A stretch of 63,985 nt of DNA, counting the filler, from Octopus bimaculoides (lineage: Eukaryota): the NCBI RefSeq assembly GCF_001194135.2. It is 7 parts of 4 records of this genome, joined end to end, with 100 filler letters (N's around TTAATTAATTAA, not from the genome) between each part and the next. Parts side by side here need not be neighbours in the genome. Positions count along the whole stretch, not along the records: positions 1 to 5,758 come from NC_068984.1; positions 5,859 to 12,501 come from NC_068985.1; 5 more parts are not named here. One strand, given 5' to 3'. Positions 1 to 12,601 of this stretch are shown one piece after another. Made by a program: the position numbers and the translations under genes. The notes beneath the pieces are model-generated. The model was given only the letters and a program-made list of their open reading frames with translations, was not told the origin of the DNA and ran no database searches. How positions within the stretch are numbered: position 1 is the first letter of the stretch; the number at the start of each line of letters is the position of its first letter.

Positions 1-68
1 TATATATAAGCAATGTTAATTCTCTAAATGAAGCATTAACAGTAACTGCACGATAAAGTGTAGTATAT

Positions 69-248
69 TGCCACTTAAGTGTGGCTGACCCCTAGGGGTG
101 GATGTTACTGTTGCTTTTAGCCCCAGGAGGACATCTCCTCCAGCTGGCTTATCGACACACGACTGTGTCCTGTTTGCCAAGGGAGTTATCCCTCTCACCA
201 CGACCAGCAGCACGAACGTATCCGGATTTCAGGGTTATTTCCCTTCTT

Positions 249-250
<2 letters not shown>
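69..250. repeat. Dispersed repeat; second copy at about 8820-8920
   Basis: GCCACTTAAGTGTGGCTGACCCCTAGGGGTGGATGTTACTGTTGCTTTTAGCCCCAGG... aligns by eye with GCCACCTAAATGTGGCTGACCCTTAAGGGTCGATGCTACTGTTGCTTGTAGTCCCAGG at 8820. Confidence 0.75.
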
Positions 251-282
<32 letters not shown>

Positions 283-1895
283 TGCGTACATATACTTATG
301 AATAATGCATATTTATATCTATATCCGCGCAAATGTATTCGTATAAGATGTAAAAAATGTATTCAGTATTACAAAAGAAGATACATCATTATGCTCATCC
401 TTATAATCACACATATTAACAATACGATGCATTTGCTTTCGATATCAGTTTAGCCGATGATGTCATCAATATGCTACCAACTTCATTTAAACATCACCAG
501 ACATCAACGTTACAAAAAACATCATCATAACGCTATCATCAACACCACGAGAGCTCCAACGTCTCTCGTCACTACTTTTATCCTCAGTTTCATTAAAGCT
601 GTATATATTTATTGTCTCTCCTTGGCTAGTGTTTATCCGACACAACAGGAATGGCGACAGAAAGACCACAATTAACAGTACTGGATTATTAGAGATGTAA
701 TTAGGAAGTATTTAGAAGTCCTTTGTTGAGGAAATTGTTGGCAATAAAAAATATTTTCGTTCATTTTATTTTTTCTAAATGTTTGCTTTAATTCTGACAT
801 TTAGACTGCCTTTGAATTTATTGTTGAAAACACATCAGCACATCATAAGACACACACACATAGACACACACACATACACACGCACAAACACACACACACA
901 CATACACACAAACACACACACACACACGTACACAAATACACACATATATATAAACTCCCCACGATGTTTTAGTAGTTTTTTATGAAACGCAATAGATTAA
1001 TAATGAATATATATGTATATATGTATATACATACATACTTACATTCATATACATGTAGAATATGTATATACATATATATGTGTGTTTGTGTGTATGTAGG
1101 TAGAGTATGCATATGTATATGTATATATGTATACATATATAAATATATGTATATATGTGTATGTATATATATATATTTATGTATATATATATGCACGTAT
1201 GTGAAAGCAAATATATGTGTATATATTTATATGTGCATGTATACACAATCGGATACATATGTACACACATGTGCACGTATATTTTGTAGGTATGTGCATT
1301 AACGTATAAATGTTAATACACATATGCTCGTAAGCAAACATATTGATGTATTCTTTCCAATTTAGACACAATGCAAACAATTAAAGAGCTTAGACCATAC
1401 TATAGACCCCAGTACATAACAGGTGTTTCATATCATTGTCCCCAAAGCAACGAAAACAAACTTAACCTCAACGGGCTTCGAAATCGAAACCAACCCATAA
1501 CCGAGTAACGCATTTTCTCTGAAGCTCAGATAGATCTGCCAATCCAGCGCTGTTATATATATATATATATATATGCAAGCACACTTACAGACACATAGAC
1601 ACACAGATACCCACAAACACACACACAAATATGTATCGATGCATACACACATACACACACTAACACATATGCACGCATGCCCACCGCTTTACATCGGTTA
1701 CTAATTAATCGTATAATATTTCGGGATGACCTCCTCCCATTAGAAATAAAATATTACACAATATTTATCAAGTAAAGCTGATTGTTTACTTTTGTGATTT
1801 ATTTACTAACATCTAACACATTCATATATATCTACATTTCGTGCATGCATCCCACTATACGCGCACAATCTCTTCACGCACGCATGCACAAATTT

Positions 1896-1977
<82 letters not shown>

Positions 1978-2399
1978 ATACACACACACAGTGTATATTT
2001 ATTTGAAAGTATATATTGATAAATTGATAAGAGTGAAATGACTGAAGAATATCGACTTCCTAGTAGGAATATATGAATGCACACATCGCCTCCTCATGCT
2101 GGCAAATATATCTCTCAACTTAATTTACCGTGAAACGTAGCAATAAAGGAAGCACCCGATTACCTCTGTAAGTTGAAATATCATTGACAAAGCCTCTCCA
2201 TATTCCAAGCGAATACTTAGCTCTAGACTGCATAACTCGAAACCTCTTTGTACTGAAACAACCTGTGATACTCTTTAATAAACCATAAGGTTTTTATCTA
2301 TCAGTTGTCACATTTAAAGACAACATTCCGAGTGAATATTAACACGCCTTAGATTCTTGTACCAGGCTATTCAAAATTGCAAATACACAATTAGCTTTG

Positions 2400-2786
2400 T
2401 CTTCTCGTCATGTTAATGTTGGCACTCCGTCGCTTACGACGACGAGAGTTCCAGTTGATCCGATCAACGGAACAGCCTGCTCGTGAAATTAACGTGCAAG
2501 TGGCTGAACACTCCATACACACATGTACCCTTAACATAGTTCTCGGAGACATTCAGCGTGAAACAGTGTGACAAGGTTGACCCTTTGAATTACAGGCACA
2601 GTAGAAACAGGAAGAAAGAGTGAGAGAAAGTTGTGGTAGAAGAGTACAGCAGGGTTCGCCACCATCCCCTGCCGGAGCCTCGTGGAGCTTTAGGTGTTTT
2701 CGCTCAATAAACACTCACAACGCCCGGTCTGGGAATCGAAACCGCGATCCTATGACCGCGAGTCCGCTGCCCTAACCACTGGGCCA
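2400..2786 (-). mobile_element. tRNA-derived SINE (family C)
   Basis: Minus-strand head with A-box TGGCCCAGTGG and B-box GGTTTCGATTCCC. The body recurs partially at 4262-4340. Confidence 0.8.
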
Positions 2787-3062
2787 TTGCGCCTGCACCT
2801 TCCCGTCATATGTCTTAGTGATCCCACTTGTAGCCTTGTGGTTAGGATGTTGCACTCGCCATCTTGCAATTGTGTTTTCGAATCTCGAACCGAGCAGCGC
2901 ATTGCGTTCTTGAGCAAATCACGGCATTTCACGTTGGCCCGTTTCGCACAGCTGTGAATAGCTACAACCACCATCGACTGGCATCCCCTTCAGGAGTGTA
3001 TTTGTGACCTCGGTCAACAGGCCCCATGTATTCCAGGACACGAGACAATAATGTCCAGAGGT

Positions 3063-3063
<1 letters not shown>

Positions 3064-3102
<39 letters not shown>
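3064..3102. repeat. (GAT)n microsatellite
   Basis: Direct inspection. Confidence 0.95.
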
Positions 3103-3389
3103 AATCTGCTTTACGCCATATGCAGAGACTTAAGTAACCAAAACCAATAGAAGAGTTGGGGATAAATGTTTATTGTAGCACAGAGGTTACTCTCAGTGGC
3201 TAAGAGTGTCGCTTAAGATGCTGATCATGCAACATATTTTTTTTTTAACTGGGATATAATATTTTTAACAATATATTTATTATTGAGCAGTCATTAGACG
3301 GAATATGTGTCAATTGCAATATATTGCAAAACGATACAGAACAATACCAGTCAATCAATCAATCAACCATTCATTCATTCATTCATTCA

Positions 3390-3454
<65 letters not shown>

Positions 3455-3540
3455 CATACCTACCTACATACACACACACACACATACATACATACATACA
3501 TACATACATACATGCATACAAGTATGCATACATACATACA
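3390..3540. repeat. (ATCT)n then (ATAC)n compound microsatellite
   Basis: Direct inspection. Confidence 0.95.
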
Positions 3541-3879
3541 TAATTATAAATGCATATAAGCACTTCAAACCGTGTAAACATATAAGCGTACAAAAAAATA
3601 CAAACCTTTACTTAACAACACCGGAAGGAATTGTTTATATATATNNNNNNNNNNNNNNNNNNNNNNNNNNNNNNNNNNNNNNNNNNNNNNNNNNNNNNNN
3701 NNNNNNNNNNNNNNNNNNNNNNNNNNNNNNNNNNNNNNNNNNNNNNNNNTATATATATATATATATATATATATATCAAGGCTTTCAGACTTCTACTCAG
3801 CCAGGTGTCTTCTACTATACTCTCGGAGTGCATTTGATAGTATGTATGTATGCATTATGTATATATGTATTTGTGTGAC

Positions 3880-4250
3880 TATGTATATCCCTCCCCACCA
3901 TCGCTTAACAACCGATGTTCGTGGGTTTACCTCTTCGTTACCTAGTGGCTCGGCAAAGGAGACTGATAGAATAAGTACTACGCTTACAAAGAATAAGTCT
4001 TGGAGGGGATTTGTTTGACTAAAAAAACGGTGCTCCAGCATGGCCGCAGTCAAATGACTGAAACAATAAAAGAACATAGGCGTAGGAGTGGCTGTGTGGT
4101 AAGTAGCTTGCTAACAAACCACATGGCTCCGGATTCAGTCCCACTGCGTGGCACCTTGGGCAAGTGTCTTCTGTCATAGCCTCGGCCCGACCAAAGCCTT
4201 CTGAGTGGATTTGGTAGACGGAAACTGAAAGAAGCCCGTCGTATATGTGT
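3880..4250 (+). mobile_element. tRNA/CORE-type SINE (family A): 3' tail of one copy followed by the head of the next
   Basis: Head GGAGTGGCTGTGTGGTAAG...GGATTCAGTCCCACTGCGTGGCACCTTGGGCAAGTG at about 4085; the CCTTGGGCAAGT motif is CORE-like. Tail AATAAGTACTACGCTTACAAAGAATAAGTC...CAAATGACTGAAACA. Confidence 0.85.
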
Positions 4251-4790
4251 ATATATAATTACCGTGCAAATCACTGAGCACTCCACAGACACGTGTACCC
4301 TTAACGTAGTTTTCGGGCAGATTCAGCGTGACACAGAGATGTCGGAGATTTTCCCTCCGACCTCAAAACTGCTCCCCATTGACACCCATAATTCAGAGCT
4401 ACTCAGAATGCACTGACTACTGTACTTCAAGACTGTGTATTTTTCATATGGGTTAGCGTACTCATTCATACTCATCAACATGAGTCCAGTGAACGAAGGA
4501 GCTTGGTCTTAACAAATGACGTGGTCGAATTTATTCTCTGCAGAAAGAGGGGGGGGGGAGAGATAAACTAGGAGATACGTGACGATGGAAGATTCACTGT
4601 TGTGGGCCGTGTGTTTTATGTCAGTGAGTCTACTATTCGCTCCATTTACAAAAAGCCTGTAACTGATTCATTTATCATTGTTTTGTTTTTTGTTTTTTTA
4701 ATGTGATTATGCGAACCAAACCCACGTGATAAATGAGTATTGATGTAACGGTGTCTTTATCTAATATTTTACTGTTTTTGTTTTTCTCAG

Positions 4791-4896
4791 TTTTCCTCAT
4801 GGTTCAGACACGTGCAAATTGTATGTTAAATCGTTTATTAGGAATGGCTAATGTGGGATGTTTTTATTTATTGTTGCATCCTGTATTTCTCTTCTG
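4791..4896 (+). CDS. Candidate exon encoding a hydrophobic, signal-peptide-like segment (unidentified)
   Basis: Acceptor TTTTTGTTTTTCTCAG and donor TG|GTAAGT. One open frame: FLMVQTRANCMLNRLLGMANVGCFYLLLHPVFLF. No homology recognised. Confidence 0.35.
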
Positions 4897-5165
4897 GTAA
4901 GTGAATCTGCCATTTCTAAAACAGTGATGAAATGGTATTTCTCATCATAGAGATGAAATGGCCATCATGAGAACTTCTATCGGCTACCACTAACACTTAG
5001 GCCTACTTAAGCAGTGACGGCAGGATTTAATCACAAGAACAAAGATAAACACGCCATTGCATAATTACTATATTTAATTAGTTTCCAAGTGGTATATCTG
5101 GTGTGGATCAATACAGTGGCTTAATAAATTAAGTGTGCATAATAGCAAAATACAGAAAATAGTAT

Positions 5166-5400
5166 TTATTTCTTTATTGCCCACAAGGAGCTAAACATAG
5201 AGGGGACAAACAAGGACAGACAAAGGGATTAAGTCGATTACATGGACGCCAGTGCATAACTGGTACTTATTTTATGGACTCCGAAAGGATGAAAGGCAAA
5301 GTCGACATCGGCGGAATTTGAACTCAGGACGTAACGGCAGACGAAAAACCGCTAAGCATTTTGCCCGGCGTGCTAACGCTTCTGCCAACTCGCCGCCTAA
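5166..5400 (-). mobile_element. tRNA-derived SINE (family B), CpG-intact
   Basis: Minus strand GGCGGCGAGTTGGCAGAAGCGTTAGC...GAGTTCAAATTCCGCCGATGTCGAC. Further copies at about 5645, 14563, 23528, 30795, 35320, 40120, 40310, 46815, 47020 and 49360. Confidence 0.85.
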
Positions 5401-5858
5401 ACAGAAAACAGTATTACCTACACGGAGCTACTGCTGTTGTTGCTACTGCTACTTCTGCCGCTGCAGCTACTACTGCTACTACGACAACGACGACGAAGAT
5501 GAAGATGACAATGACGATGACGACAGCTACTGCTCTTACTAATAACAGTTTCGCTTCATGCACAAGAACAGAAAATTTGAGGAGAAGGGCTCAGTCGATG
5601 TTATCAACTCTAATAAATGCCTCGTACATTATTTCATCCAACTCAAGGCGGCCAGCTGGTAGAAACGTTAGCACGCCAGGCGAAATACTTAGCGGTGTTT
5701 ACGTTCGGAGTTCAAATTCTGCCGAGGTCGATAAAATAAGTATCAGTATCGTACTGCGNNNNNNNNNNNNNNNNNNNNNNNNNNNNNNNNNNNNNNNNNN
5801 NNTTAATTAATTAANNNNNNNNNNNNNNNNNNNNNNNNNNNNNNNNNNNNNNNNNNNN

Positions 5859-5894
<36 letters not shown>

Positions 5895-6760
5895 GAGGAG
5901 ATCATATTTGGCGTATCATAGCGCTCACGCTGTTTTATCTGCGTATTCTATCAACAAATAGGTATTTCAAACATACCGACACCTCCCCAATTCATTCCAC
6001 TTTTATTCATGTATTTGCTCATATCATTCCAGCTTCCATCTCAGCCCACTTCTAAGGACTCTCGGCGCATCGACCATTCAATGATTTGCGCTGTAATGAC
6101 ATTCATCAAAGAGCTGAAAGCCAGTATTGTTTGAGTAGAAGAACAAAACAGCCGGAAGTATGGAAGGACAATAAGAACAAGCTCGCTATATCATATACTG
6201 AAATACTTTGTGTTATAGAAATGCTTTATCTTTGTTTATTTAAAGTGATCCGTACGTATGCTTCTGCTCTGTGATTGTCGTGTCTCCACTCGCATCATGT
6301 AAGCAAATTGACTGCGTGTATTGGTCTACGTGGTGTCACTATCTGTCACTATGCATGCGTTTGTGTTTGTGAGAGTACGTGTGCGTATGTGAAGCCGAGT
6401 ATATGTGTGCATGTGTGTGTGCGGGTGTGCGTCCGCACGCAAGCTTCTAAATGTATACACACATGCACTCACACAGGCATCGATAACAATGTATATATGT
6501 ATATATACAGATGTATGCGTGTGTGTGTATATTTGTGCGTGTGAGAGTATGTGTATGTATATGTGTGTGTGTATATATACGTGTGTGTGTGCGCGCGCGC
6601 GTGCGTTTGTGCTTGTGTCGGTGCTTAAGTAGGAAGGAGTATTTGTGGCTGAGATGTCGCCAGCAATACTGGCCATTCATGAACTATTGACAGTAATGTT
6701 AATGATTGCTGCTAGTGTTTGCAGCAGGGATATAGTGTGAGTGTGTGCGTGTGTATGAAT

Positions 6761-6798
<38 letters not shown>

Positions 6799-8773
6799 CT
6801 CTCTCTCTCTCTCTCTCTCTCTCTNNNNNNNNNNNNNNNNNNNNNNNNNNNNNNNNNNNNNNNNNNNNNNNNNNNNNNNNNNNNNNNNNNNNNNNNNNNN
6901 NNNNNNNNNNNNNNNNNNNNNNNNNNNNNNNNNNNNNNNNNNNNNNNNNNNNNNNNNNNNNNNNNNNNNNNNNNNNNNNNNNNNNNNNNNNNNNNNNNNN
7001 NNNNNNNNNNNNNNNNNNNNNNNNNNNNNNNNNNNNNNNNNNNNNNNNNNNNNNNNNNNNNNNNNNNNNNNNNNNNNNNNNNNNNNNNNNNNNNNNNNNN
7101 NNNNNNNNNNNNNNNNNNNNNNNNNNNNNNNNNNNNNNNNNNNNNNNNNNNNNNNNNNNNNNNNNNNNNNNNNNNNNNNNNNNNNNNNNNNNNNNNNNNN
7201 NNNNNNNNNNNNNNNNNNNNNNNNNNNNNNNNNNNNNNNNNNNNNNNNNNNNNNNNNNNNNNNNNNNNNNNNNNNNNNNNNNNNNNNTATATATATATAT
7301 ATATATATATTATATACCTATATATATACATATGCACATATGTACATATATGTATATGTACATATACATATCTATATATCTATACTCACACACACACATA
7401 CATACATATATATATATACATATGTATGTATGTACGTATGTATAGATGGTTGTATGCTTATAAATCCATATATATCTGCATGTGACTATGTTTCTCTACC
7501 TACAAGACACATTTTACTAGATGTGCTGGATCGCATTCTCATTGCTGTAACTTAGAACAATGTGACACACTATGACAAATATATGAGCATCACCTGCATC
7601 ACTACTGTATTATAGGAAATCTTTACTCCACTTTTAGTTATAATTAAGGAGATTAATTAATTTGCATCCGTATCATTTAATTTCATCGTTATGAGGCAAT
7701 TTTTATTTGTGCTTTTTTCTTATCCTCTATAGGATATTATACTCACAAGGCACTTTGGGCCATACAAAATCACTTACGCCTCAGTGAGAGTCAATTAGGT
7801 TGGACTTGCGGCGAAGCGCGCATATATATATTGATATATCTATCTGTCTGTCTGTCTGTGCGTTTATCATATCAAAAGTTGACAGTCTATTTTATCGTAT
7901 TGTGGTCTACTATTTCAGATTGCTGAGAACTGGGGAACAAAATAACTTCTCAAATGTTGATGAAACAAGTATCAGACCTCTGAAACTAGTGCATTGAGTT
8001 TTCCATCAGATCACATTTGTGCTATGTAAACTATGGTTTATATACTCTGAAACACTTAGATTGTAGCATTTGTTGTTTCGTACACACACATACACGCGCA
8101 CGCATATATATACATATATATACATATNNNNNNNNNNNNNNNNNNNNNNNNNNNNNNNNNNNNNNNNNNNNNNNNNNNNNNNNNNNNNNNNNNNNNNNNN
8201 NNNNNNNNNNNNNNNNNNNNNNNNNNNNNNNNNNNNNNNNNNNNNNNNNNNNNNNNNNNNNNNNNNNNNNNNNNNNNNNNNNNNNNNNNNNNNNNNNNNN
8301 NNNNNNNNNNNNNNNNNNNNNNNNNNNNNNNNNNNNNNNNNNNNNNNNNNNNNNNNNNNNNNNNNNNNNNNNNNNNNNNNNNNNNNNNNNNNNNNNNNNN
8401 NNNNNNNNNNNNNNNNNNNNNNNNNNNNNNNNNNNNNNNNNNNNNNNNNNNNNNNNNNNNNNNNNNNNNNNNNNNNNNNNNNNNNNNNNNNNNNNNNNNN
8501 NNNNNNNNNNNNNNNNNNNNNNNNNNNNNNNNNNNNNNNNNNNNNNNNNNNNNNNNNNNNNNNNNNNNNNNNNNNNNNNNNNNNNNNNNNNNNNNNNNNN
8601 NNNNNNNNNNNNNNNNNNNNNNNNNNNNNNNNNNNNNNNNNNNNNNNNNNNNNNNNNNNNNNNNNNNNNNNNNNNNNNNNNNNNNNNNNNNNNNNNNNNN
8701 NNNNNNNNNNNNNNNNNNNNNNNNNNNNNNNNNNNNNNNNNNNNNNNNNNNNNNNNNNNNNNNNNNNNNNNNN

Positions 8774-8804
<31 letters not shown>

Positions 8805-9289
8805 TTAACTATATTATTTGCCACCTAAATGTGGCTGACCCTTAAGGGTCGATGCTACTGTTGCTTGTAGTCCCAGGAAGACATCTCTTCCAGCTGGCTA
8901 TTAACACCCTATCTGTGCTCTATCAGTATTTGCAAAGGCAAATCATCATTCCCATCTCCAGCCTGACGTGATACGCGTCTGCTAGAGATGGCAGTCGTAC
9001 GCTTCTGCTCACGATATATCACAAACTAGCTACTGCCATCACTAGCAGATGCTGTGTCTAGTACTGAAAAGAGGCAGAAATAGCCAGAAACCAGGCTGGT
9101 CTGCTGATCCCAGCGCTAGAAGGTGGTAGGGGTTTGCTCCCCTGCTAGCAGTATATCAGATATAGTTAAGACTGGTATGTTGCCTATTACCTGAGCGTTC
9201 GGTCCTGTTAGCATTTGGTAACTCTCTCAGTCAAATTGCCATAATGGTCTCCGTTGCTGGTTTGATTTTTTTATATAGTCAATAAATAC

Positions 9290-9789
9290 AATGCCTTTTG
9301 TATCCCCAAAACTAAGACCATCAACTTGCTTGGCATTCTTTGGAGCAGGTGAGAAGGGGTATTTTCACTGCATGGATTGTATTTTTGCCTATTCGATTTA
9401 TAATGAAACGCCTGTCATCTATCAGCATGTGGTGAAAACGATTAATGTTTTCCTCGGTGATGTTAGTGGCAAGGCATCCAGACCTTGGGTTATCTTCATG
9501 AATCTCCTTTCTCCTCCTAGATTCAGCTGCCCTCTTTGACCCTGTTGATAAAGCTGGAGCTTCATCCCATAGCATAGAAGCCATATCAACATGAATGTCG
9601 TTGGGGGCCAGAACCGTCTTTTTTAGGTACTTGATAACAACACGATGCCACATTTCCTTCTTTTAGCTAGTAACCTCGAAAAAAACAATCCAGCTATTAA
9701 TAAAATTCGAAATTAATGCATGCAAGTTTTGACAGCTCTACCATCACTCCTTCACGGTTAGTCTATGAAGTTTTCAGCCCATCCCGTGT
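9290..9789 (-). mobile_element. Mariner-like transposon relic (5' end and N-terminal HTH)
   Basis: ORF 9321-9653 reads HRVVIKYL...EDNPRSG...TEENINRFHHMLIDDRR, matching the mariner transposase HTH region. TIR-like TACACGGGATGGGCTGAAAACTTC on the minus strand at about 9789. Confidence 0.75.
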
Positions 9790-9831
9790 ATATATTTATT
9801 TTTATATATACAATAAATTACGCACACACAT

Positions 9832-9833
<2 letters not shown>

Positions 9834-9928
<95 letters not shown>
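9834..9928. repeat. (TG)n microsatellite
   Basis: Direct inspection. Confidence 0.97.
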
Positions 9929-9930
<2 letters not shown>

Positions 9931-10366
9931 ATACACATATAAATCGTGTGTGTATTTTATTGAATATATAAACATAGATATTCACTCTGATACATTACTA
10001 GTTGCATGCAAGAAAGAAGTAGTTTTTACTCAGAATAGAAAATTAGATCGAATAAAAAAAGAATAATTACGAAAAGAATTTTGAGGATATAACATCAAAT
10101 AAACGCGTGATATCTATTGAGTGGGAGAAATGATCACAAGAATGAAAATCTTTTATTATCAAGCAGCATACCATTGATAAACTTATGGCATCTTTGAAAG
10201 ACCACATGACATCTGTCTTACAAGGATGACCAATTACTAGATGTCAGCAGGTAATTGATACGAATATTTCCATCTTGTTGCAGGTATTTATGATTCAGTC
10301 ACAGATCTTGCACGCATATAGAAATAAAGATATGTTGTGCGAAATAGATTATATGCATATAAAAAC

Positions 10367-10412
<46 letters not shown>

Positions 10413-10779
10413 NNNNNNNNNNNNNNNNNNNNNNNNNNNNNNNNNNNNNNNNNNNNNNNNNNNNNNNNNNNNNNNNNNNNNNNNNNNNNNNNNNNNNNNN
10501 NNNNNNNNNNNNNNNNNNNNNNNNNNNNNNNNNNNNNNNNNNNNNNNNNNNNNNNNNNNNNNNNNNNNNNNNNNNNNNNNNNNNNNNNNNNNNNNNNNNN
10601 NGCCCATATTTGATATTATCATTTTTTCGGGGTACTTCAATATTTTACAATAAAAGAAGCAAAGTTTTTGCACACTAATATTTTTGTTTTCATTTTTGAA
10701 GAATCTGTTATACTGTAGTGGTTAAATGTTTATCGAATTTACCGTTTCTAAATGAGTTTAGATCGCACGTATATCAGAT

Positions 10780-11900
10780 ATTGCATACTGTATGAGTTAA
10801 AAGCGGTTCCTTCAGCAATGTACATGACAAGAAATACTCGTTCTCTCTGCGGAAAAAAAAAAAATTAGGAGTTCGGACATGTCAACGATGGTTTGACCAG
10901 TCTCACTTGGGAAACGTCTCTGTCACAGATTTCCCTCGATGTGGAGGAACAAGTTGTGTTAATACCGAGATTCTCAAAACCGTAGTTGAAGAAAATGCAA
11001 AGGAAATCGGACGAGAATAAGTAAAACAATTCAGTGCTCGTCACACTTCATTCCAAAACACCTTCAAGAACTCTGAAAAATGTCTAAACTTGTTCATTGT
11101 GTCACTCCTGATCTGACTGCTTCTAAGCTTAAAGATGTCGCTCTCCAAAAATCATTGAAGAGAAGACCAACATTCAAACCTAAAAACCGAAAATCATTGA
11201 AGAGCAGACCTACATTCAAACCTAAAAACCGAAAATCATTGAAGAGCAGACCTACATTCAAACCTGAAAACCGAAAATCATTGAAGAGAAGACCAACATT
11301 CAAACCTAAAAACCGAAAATCATTGATGAGAAGACCAACATTCAAACCTAAAAATCATAACAACTGAGGTAAAGTTGGCCCCTCTATAATCATGTCCATC
11401 AGAAAGGACAAGGGTCAACACTCATTGATAAACGAGCATACATGTTCAAACTAGGACTACACCTGAAACAATTTATACTCTCTGAATGAAGAAATATAAA
11501 GAGTAATGTTTACCATGAAGTGTTAAACCAAAATGAGGCAGTTAATGGAGTGAAGTGTCGTCGTCAGTATGAAGCATTGCACGGAAAATGAGGGAAAAAT
11601 CGCCCATCGTTCGTCAGTTGAAAAGATATGTTGCTCTTACAAGTAAATGCAGGATCAAATATAACCCAATTCATTCAGGAAAAAAATAACATTATAGCAA
11701 TAAATATGTAAGTTTTGCTTCTCATTCTGCTGATCTCGTTACATCTGACAATCACCTTCACAGATCATGGCAGTATTATTTAGAGTCTAAACAGTTTATC
11801 AAATGTGAGGTGATTAAATATGATATTGTGTGTTTCTTTGCACCGAAACTTGAAGAATTTTACACCTAAGTGATAAGAATTTTGCCAAATTGGTGGGATT
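10780..11900 (+). mobile_element. Degenerate mariner transposase relic with an internal minisatellite
   Basis: Decayed motifs in the expected order: TDFPRCG (ED.PRSG), KMSKLVHCVTPDLT (KVSKL..WVPHELT), KIITTEVK (RI.TGDEKW), LLLQVNAG (LLHDNARPH), ADLVTSDNHLHRS (PDLAPSDYHLFRS). Confidence 0.7.
11149..11358 (+). repeat. 42-bp minisatellite, 5 copies
   Basis: Unit AAATCATTGAAGAGAAGACCAACATTCAAACCTAAAAACCGA; translates as KSLKRRPTFKPKNR-like x5. Confidence 0.95.
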
Positions 11901-12601
11901 TCGTTATCGATAATGAGAGGAAACCTTATCTTAATCAAGTACGTTAATTAAGACTAAAGAAGCACTTGTTTCATTCCCATCTTAAAATATGACAGGTATT
12001 TCTTCCACACCTTAATATGTATGTATATATATATGTGTGTGTGTATGTGTGTGTGTGTGTGTGTGTGTGTTTGTGTGTGTGTGAGTGTGTGGGTCTGTGT
12101 GTGTGTGTGTGCGCGTGTGTATGAGTGTGCGTTTGTGTGTGAGCGTGTGTGTATGTGAGTGTGTGTGTACACATATATTATATATATAATGTATTTGTAT
12201 GTACACACAGTCATATATATACGTATATATCTATATTTATATATATATCTGAGTATGCATATACCCGCACACACATATATACATACATATATATATATAA
12301 AATATATAGTTTTAGGGAAAATAACCAATTTTCAAGAACTCATCGATGAAAATCCACTATCACATATAGAAAAATTAATAATTAAAAGCACAATAAATGA
12401 GCATAATATAAAGTAAAGTAAATATTATAAGATAAATATAATAAAAAGATTACACGTGTTTCATAACCAATTTTCAAATAGAAAATAAATTTAAATCGAT
12501 TNNNNNNNNNNNNNNNNNNNNNNNNNNNNNNNNNNNNNNNNNNNNTTAATTAATTAANNNNNNNNNNNNNNNNNNNNNNNNNNNNNNNNNNNNNNNNNNN
12601 N

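Noticed and set aside
779-2084. Many ORF-track entries rich in YI, HT, CV, LS or X
   Set aside because: These are translations of (TA)n, (CA)n and (TC)n microsatellites and N gaps, here and throughout the window.
5803-5814. TTAATTAATTAA inside N runs (also at 12546, 36523, 46651, 51353 and 62913)
   Set aside because: The same 12-mer sits within roughly 100-bp gaps each time. It is an artificial six-frame-stop join marker, not biology.
11080-11367. Protamine-like basic protein ORF
   Set aside because: It is explained by a minisatellite inside a dead mariner; there is no independent gene evidence.
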